Origin: a virus
Taxonomy: Duplodnaviria; Caudoviricetes
Direction: 5' to 3' (one strand)
DNA: 50,687 bases
IMG/VR virus record: IMGVR_UViG_3300017700_000359
Span: 1 to 50,687 of that record
A model generated the notes under the pieces. That model saw nothing but the letters and a program-made list of their open reading frames with translations, made no database searches and was not told the origin of the DNA. Positions 46,285-50,687 of the stretch are shown piece after piece. Position numbers and translations under genes: made by a program. Each line of letters opens with the position of its first letter. Within the stretch, counting starts at the first letter, position 1.

Positions 46285-46361
46285 AACCTGTCATAACGTG
46301 GCGTACGCGCCGCGTCAGGCTGTTTCACAGGGCATGTGCCCACTAACAGAAGAGAGAGACA

Positions 46362-47927
46362 ATGAATTTATCAACAATCCTCGAGAAGAAGCCCGGTCAT
46401 ATCGTCCCCGAGGCGATGGTCGACCACGTCAACAAGCTGCGTGGTACGGTGTCCGGCTTCGCTATCAGGCATGCCGACAATGGCAAGCCCGAGATCGACT
46501 TCGAGTTCGCCGAGACCGCTCAAGCGACCAAGCAGTTCATGAAACTGATGGACGCCAGCAAGGACAACTCGTTGTTCCTGTTCTTCAGCGACAAGTCCGG
46601 GAAGTTCGACACCAAGAAGGACATCCAGCCCTTCGTTCTGACCGACGGCGACGATGCCATGCTGGCTGTCTTCCTCGAAGGTGACTTTCCAAAGTACGCC
46701 AACCCCGACGGGACTCGTTCCGACGAGGGCAACTTCTGGGAGCAGTTCCTCGAACCCATGCTGGTCGAACTCGCCGGTGACAGTAAGTCGCTCGACGATT
46801 TCTACACCAAGCTGCGCAGGAAGACGTTCCAGGATACTCTGATCAATTCCAGCCACAATCGTTGCGTCTTCGGCTTCCTGCCGTTGACCGGCGAACCCAT
46901 CCTGTTCGGCAATAACGAACTCGGCAAGCCCTACGAGTGGGGCAATATCTCGGACAACATGGGCTTCGGCGAGGTCAAGGACAAGCACATCGTCGCTCAA
47001 GCTGCATCCGCCGTTGCGGAGGTGGCGAAGTCGACGAAGCGCCGTTTTTTCTCCGCGAGCGAAGCCTCCCCTGCGCCCGAGGTTACACCGCCGGTCGCCC
47101 CGACGGCTCCTGAGACCAAGCATTCTGTTCCTACTCCGGCGCCCGGTGATGCCCCAAAGACCGATACGGCTATCTCTGCCGGCTCTGTCTGGATGGCTCC
47201 GCCTGAAGGTGCTGAACGTGGTGTTCGGAACATGTGGTACCGGACCTTCAACTCCTCGCATCCAAACCAGCTTCCGAAGGAGCACGACAAGCGCCCGAAG
47301 ATCCTGGTTGCTCCCCACCATATTGAGTTCGCCAAGCGGCCGATCAAGTCTGCCAACGAACTCAAGATCCTCGTCGCTGACATGAAGAACGGATCGAAGA
47401 TCATCGCTCCGAAGGACTTCAAGCACGCTCACGAGACCATCGAGAAGACCCCCGACATCGAAGTCAACGTCACTGGCAAGCAGCCGGCGAGTACTCAGCT
47501 CAAGGTCGTGCCCCAGAACGTGTCCGACTACATTCCGGACATGAAGAACGACGAGGTCACCAAGGCGATGGAGCTGGCTGTCAGCTTCATGGGTGATCCA
47601 ATGCAACGCCCGACCCTCCTGGACCTGCAACGGATCGAGGAAGGCTGGCCGAAGTTCAGCGCGAAGATCGGCATCCCTCTCGCCGATACGATGTACTGGA
47701 CGCCGGATCAGCTGATGCAGCTCGACAAGAAGGCTCTTGTTCAGCTCCTCAACGAGTTCAAGACCGCCTTCCGTACGACGGCCGAGTTCAAGGACATGGT
47801 CGACAAGGAGACTATCGCTCGGACCAACGTTGCCAAGGCCGTCCATACGGCGGCCAAGGAAGAGTTGGCCCCGGAACCTACGAAGGTTGCTGCCTCTGGC
47901 GGCGGCAAGCGTCGGTTCTTCAGCTAA
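46362..47927 (+). CDS. Large protein with a probable degenerate class II glutamine amidotransferase-like N-terminal domain
   Basis: KKPG.IVP, SGFAI, IQPF, FLEG, RSDE..F...L.P pattern but no N-terminal Cys; Pro/Ala/Thr linker; strong GC3 bias. Confidence 0.5.
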   Translation: MNLSTILEKKPGHIVPEAMVDHVNKLRGTVSGFAIRHADNGKPEIDFEFAETAQATKQFMKLMDASKDNSLFLFFSDKSGKFDTKKDIQPFVLTDGDDAMLAVFLEGDFPKYANPDGTRSDEGNFWEQFLEPMLVELAGDSKSLDDFYTKLRRKTFQDTLINSSHNRCVFGFLPLTGEPILFGNNELGKPYEWGNISDNMGFGEVKDKHIVAQAASAVAEVAKSTKRRFFSASEASPAPEVTPPVAPTAPETKHSVPTPAPGDAPKTDTAISAGSVWMAPPEGAERGVRNMWYRTFNSSHPNQLPKEHDKRPKILVAPHHIEFAKRPIKSANELKILVADMKNGSKIIAPKDFKHAHETIEKTPDIEVNVTGKQPASTQLKVVPQNVSDYIPDMKNDEVTKAMELAVSFMGDPMQRPTLLDLQRIEEGWPKFSAKIGIPLADTMYWTPDQLMQLDKKALVQLLNEFKTAFRTTAEFKDMVDKETIARTNVAKAVHTAAKEELAPEPTKVAASGGGKRRFFS

Positions 47928-47978
47928 GGCACAGTCAGAAGAGGCTGTGGTAACTACCGGGTAGAAGAACCCGGACAC

Positions 47979-48022
47979 GGGGAGAGGCAGAACGTTAGCC
48001 TGGAAGGCAGTTCTCCTCTCCC
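47979..48022 (+). promoter_or_regulatory. Long imperfect hairpin (processing or terminator-like)
   Basis: GGGAGAGG..AGAAC/GTTCT..CCTCTCCC. Confidence 0.5.
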
Positions 48023-48040
48023 TCCTTCCTGGAGGGTGAC

Positions 48041-48691
48041 ATGGATATTTCTGATCCGAGAGAAATCAGGGCTATGAACCTGATGATTCGTATGCAGACC
48101 AAGCATACGCCAGATTTCCCGGTCCTTCTGGACCTACAGGCTCACCTGTTCTTCGTCGTCGACGACCTCCAGACAGGATGCCGCAACGCTATAGCCGACA
48201 GCTATGGTTGTCGTGCCTATACGAATAGCGGCTTCGACTGCTACAGAGAAGTCTTGACAGACAAGGTCATTCCGTTCTATGGATACAGGAAGCCTGAGTT
48301 GGTTGATAAGATGCACTTCGCTCGTATGAAGGGTGAGGTCCATAAAGTCCCAACAAAAGATATTCCCAAGCTTGACACGGTGATGTCAAACGGAGTACAA
48401 TTCAAACGTACCCGTATTCTCCTCCTTGCTCCCGAGACGCTTCACGTCTGCGTCGACAACGGCAAGCTCGACTATGTGACTGGCAAGCCACTGCCTTGGA
48501 TACTTCAAGGCTTCAAGCACCATGTCGGCCCCGAGCGAACCATCATCCTTCGGGCTTGGATGTATGTCGCAATGCGCGACTACTGGAACCCCCTCATCGA
48601 CGGACTGAACTTCGATCGATTGGAGATGCAAGACAGTCCACGTCCGTGGCTGCGTCGATACTACCAATTCAACAAGAGACGGAATGAGTAA
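48041..48691 (+). CDS. Gamma-glutamylcyclotransferase (AIG2)-like protein, divergent
   Basis: LFFVVDDL (for FVYGTL), GEVHKV, LD....GVQFKRTRI, AWMYV. Confidence 0.55.
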   Translation: MDISDPREIRAMNLMIRMQTKHTPDFPVLLDLQAHLFFVVDDLQTGCRNAIADSYGCRAYTNSGFDCYREVLTDKVIPFYGYRKPELVDKMHFARMKGEVHKVPTKDIPKLDTVMSNGVQFKRTRILLLAPETLHVCVDNGKLDYVTGKPLPWILQGFKHHVGPERTIILRAWMYVAMRDYWNPLIDGLNFDRLEMQDSPRPWLRRYYQFNKRRNE

Positions 48692-50240
48692 GATACTCGA
48701 GAGACATATCGAATGCCCTGACTGTGGTTCGTCTGATGCGTTATGCGTATACGAGGACGGCCACAGTTACTGCTTTAGTTGTTTGAATTACACTCCACCT
48801 GAGAGAAATACTTTGTCTGACTTAGAGAATTTTTCCTTCGAATACCTGTCATCACGCGGAATTACCCGCGAAGCGATGATGAAATACGATGTCAAGACTA
48901 GGATATCTGCCGATGGTAGGCCTAAGGACATGGGCTTTCAGTATCCTAATGGCAGCTATAAGATCCGTACTTTAGATAAAAAGGGTTTCTATACCCAAGG
49001 TGATATCTCCAAGGCTGGTTTATTTGGTCGTAATAAGTTTGCGGCCTCTAGTCACAAGACTGTGACGATCACAGAGGGAGAACTCGATGCTCTATCGCTT
49101 TGGCAGACTATACGCGCGCCTGTCGTCAGTGTTCACAGCGCTTCTAGTGCTGGGACTGACTGCAGCGTGGATCGATCCTGGCTTAACTCATTCGAGAGAA
49201 TTGTACTCGCGTTTGATGGTGATGAAGCAGGACGTCAAGCAGCATCTAAAGTGGCAAAGCTGTTTGATTACAACAAGGTTTACATGGTGTCCTTCCCTGG
49301 GGGTACCAGAAAAGACGCCAACGATTACGTTGCCGCCGGCGAGGATGGAGAACTGGCAGCAATTTGGACCAATGCACGGAGATATCTCCCGGAGAGCATA
49401 GTCTCTTCGTTCTCCGAGTTCGACAAGATCATCAGGGAGACGCCTCGCAAGGGCGTCCCCTACCCCTTCCCTACGTTAAATTATATGACCTACGGTATTC
49501 GTACCGGAGAGAGTGTACTTATAACCGCCCAAGAGGGCATTGGTAAGACGGAGGTGATGCATGCTATCGAACATCAGCTACTTAAGGAAACCAACGATCC
49601 AATCGGCGCTATCTTCCTCGAAGAGCCTAAGCGTCGCCATCTTCAAGCGATTGCAGGCATTCAGCTACAACTTCCCGTCCACCTGCCAGACAGCGGTGTC
49701 GATCATGAACAAACACTCAAGGCCGTTCAAGAAGCTGTTAGGGTGGACGAGCGTCTTCACATCTATAGCCATTTTGGATCAGATGATCCTGAAGTCATTC
49801 TCGATACCATTAGATTTCTGGTATCCGCGCGCGGTTGTCGTTATATTCTTCTCGACCACCTTACCATGGTTGTCTCTGGAGCTCGAGGGTCGGATGAGCG
49901 AACTTCGCTCGATTATCTTTCGACGCGACTAGAGATGATGGTGAAGGAGCTCGACTTCGCGCTTGTCGTCGTGTCCCACGTCAACGATGACGGCCTGACC
50001 AGAGGATCGCGGAACATCTCCAAGATCGCTGACATCAGGATTGATCTTTCCCGCGACGTCGAGTCTCCGGATCCAGTCGTCAGAAGGACTACCCATCTGA
50101 TGATTTCAAAGAACAGGTTCTGTGGAAGAACAGGGCCAGCAGGTGAGTTACTTTTCGATCCAGTTACATATACTTTGTCTGAATTCCTTGAACCCGACAA
50201 CGATAACTGGAACCCCTATGTCAATATGGAAGCAGCGTGA
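48684..50240 (+). CDS. Primase-helicase (T7 gp4-like)
   Basis: Zn finger CPDC..CFSC, TOPRIM TEGELDA and FDGDEAG, helicase AQEGIGKT, LDHL, SHV, KNRF.G.TG. Confidence 0.96.
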   Translation: MSKILERHIECPDCGSSDALCVYEDGHSYCFSCLNYTPPERNTLSDLENFSFEYLSSRGITREAMMKYDVKTRISADGRPKDMGFQYPNGSYKIRTLDKKGFYTQGDISKAGLFGRNKFAASSHKTVTITEGELDALSLWQTIRAPVVSVHSASSAGTDCSVDRSWLNSFERIVLAFDGDEAGRQAASKVAKLFDYNKVYMVSFPGGTRKDANDYVAAGEDGELAAIWTNARRYLPESIVSSFSEFDKIIRETPRKGVPYPFPTLNYMTYGIRTGESVLITAQEGIGKTEVMHAIEHQLLKETNDPIGAIFLEEPKRRHLQAIAGIQLQLPVHLPDSGVDHEQTLKAVQEAVRVDERLHIYSHFGSDDPEVILDTIRFLVSARGCRYILLDHLTMVVSGARGSDERTSLDYLSTRLEMMVKELDFALVVVSHVNDDGLTRGSRNISKIADIRIDLSRDVESPDPVVRRTTHLMISKNRFCGRTGPAGELLFDPVTYTLSEFLEPDNDNWNPYVNMEAA

Positions 50241-50481
50241 ATGCGTCGTCGTTGTAGCTACGCTTACGCGTTGGTATCTCGATGACAGCCACAATGCCGT
50301 CACTGGCATCATCCATAATTCAATAAACCAAAGGGAATACCCTGAAGGTGAAAGGTACACTATCTTGAACGTGACTTTATCACACACCTACCCGCTGAGT
50401 AATCAGTACGGTGTAGCACACATAATCGCAACAACCCCGGCGGGTAACTCCTTCCGTCTAGATGTGGAGGATGAGCGGTGA
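50218..50481 (+). CDS. Hypothetical protein
   Basis: Distal part of ORF 50122-50481; start uncertain; stop overlaps the UDG GTG. Confidence 0.5.
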   Translation: MSIWKQRECVVVVATLTRWYLDDSHNAVTGIIHNSINQREYPEGERYTILNVTLSHTYPLSNQYGVAHIIATTPAGNSFRLDVEDER

Positions 50482-50687
50482 CATACCCATGGTCAGACTT
50501 GAAGTTCTGGAACTCCGGTGAGTTTCAATTAGCGAGGGAGCGGATCGATGACGATATCAAGAAGGGTAAGGGCGTTAACCCAACGCGGGCGCGAATGTTC
50601 AAGGCATTATCAAGCACACCGTTGGGCAAAACGAAGGCGGTTATTCTTGGACAAGACCCTTACCCCGACGCCGGCCACGCCACCGGA
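50478..50687 (+). CDS. ung: Uracil-DNA glycosylase, 5' part
   Basis: GGAGG RBS at 50466; GTG start MTYPWSDLKFWNSGEF... in frame with 1-696. Confidence 0.85.
   Translation, partial: MTYPWSDLKFWNSGEFQLARERIDDDIKKGKGVNPTRARMFKALSSTPLGKTKAVILGQDPYPDAGHATG
50565..50687. repeat. Terminal direct repeat (assembly overlap), right copy
   Basis: Identical to 1-123. Confidence 0.95.

Noticed and set aside
46371-47978. 535 aa minus-strand ORF
   Set aside because: Antisense shadow of the GC3-biased + gene; it has no motifs and the wrong orientation for this arm.
1-50687. Prophage or temperate lifestyle; T7-like RNA polymerase
   Set aside because: No integrase, repressor, partition genes, host flanks or single-subunit RNA polymerase were recognised.

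Overview
The window is an apparently complete, circularly assembled lytic podovirus-type phage genome. Bases 1-123 equal 50565-50687, giving a unit length of about 50,564 bp. It has two arms. The + arm (about 39.1 kb through the junction to 12.5 kb) carries early and replication genes: NYN nuclease, degenerate amidotransferase and GGCT-like genes, T7-like primase-helicase, uracil-DNA glycosylase, a MoxR-type AAA+/VWA pair, family A DNA polymerase, an Acb2/Tad1-like protein, SSB, PD-(D/E)XK exonuclease, endonuclease VII and an HNH protein. The - arm (39.07 kb to 12.58 kb) carries terminase, portal, scaffold, capsid, two paralogous tail fibres, an SGNH esterase, lysin, tail tube proteins and internal virion proteins, including an LPD23/metallopeptidase protein. 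The arms converge at a bidirectional terminator and diverge from a palindromic double sigma70 promoter. No RNA polymerase or integrase was seen. This layout resembles Zobellviridae/cobavirus-like phages (inference), and an alphaproteobacterial host is only weakly suggested. The most unusual element is a ~1.83 kb gene-free, densely base-paired region (7655-9490) with T-loops, a split tRNA-like domain and a possible pseudoknot, a candidate giant structured non-coding RNA. All calls are by eye from motifs and synteny; no database searches or folding were run.
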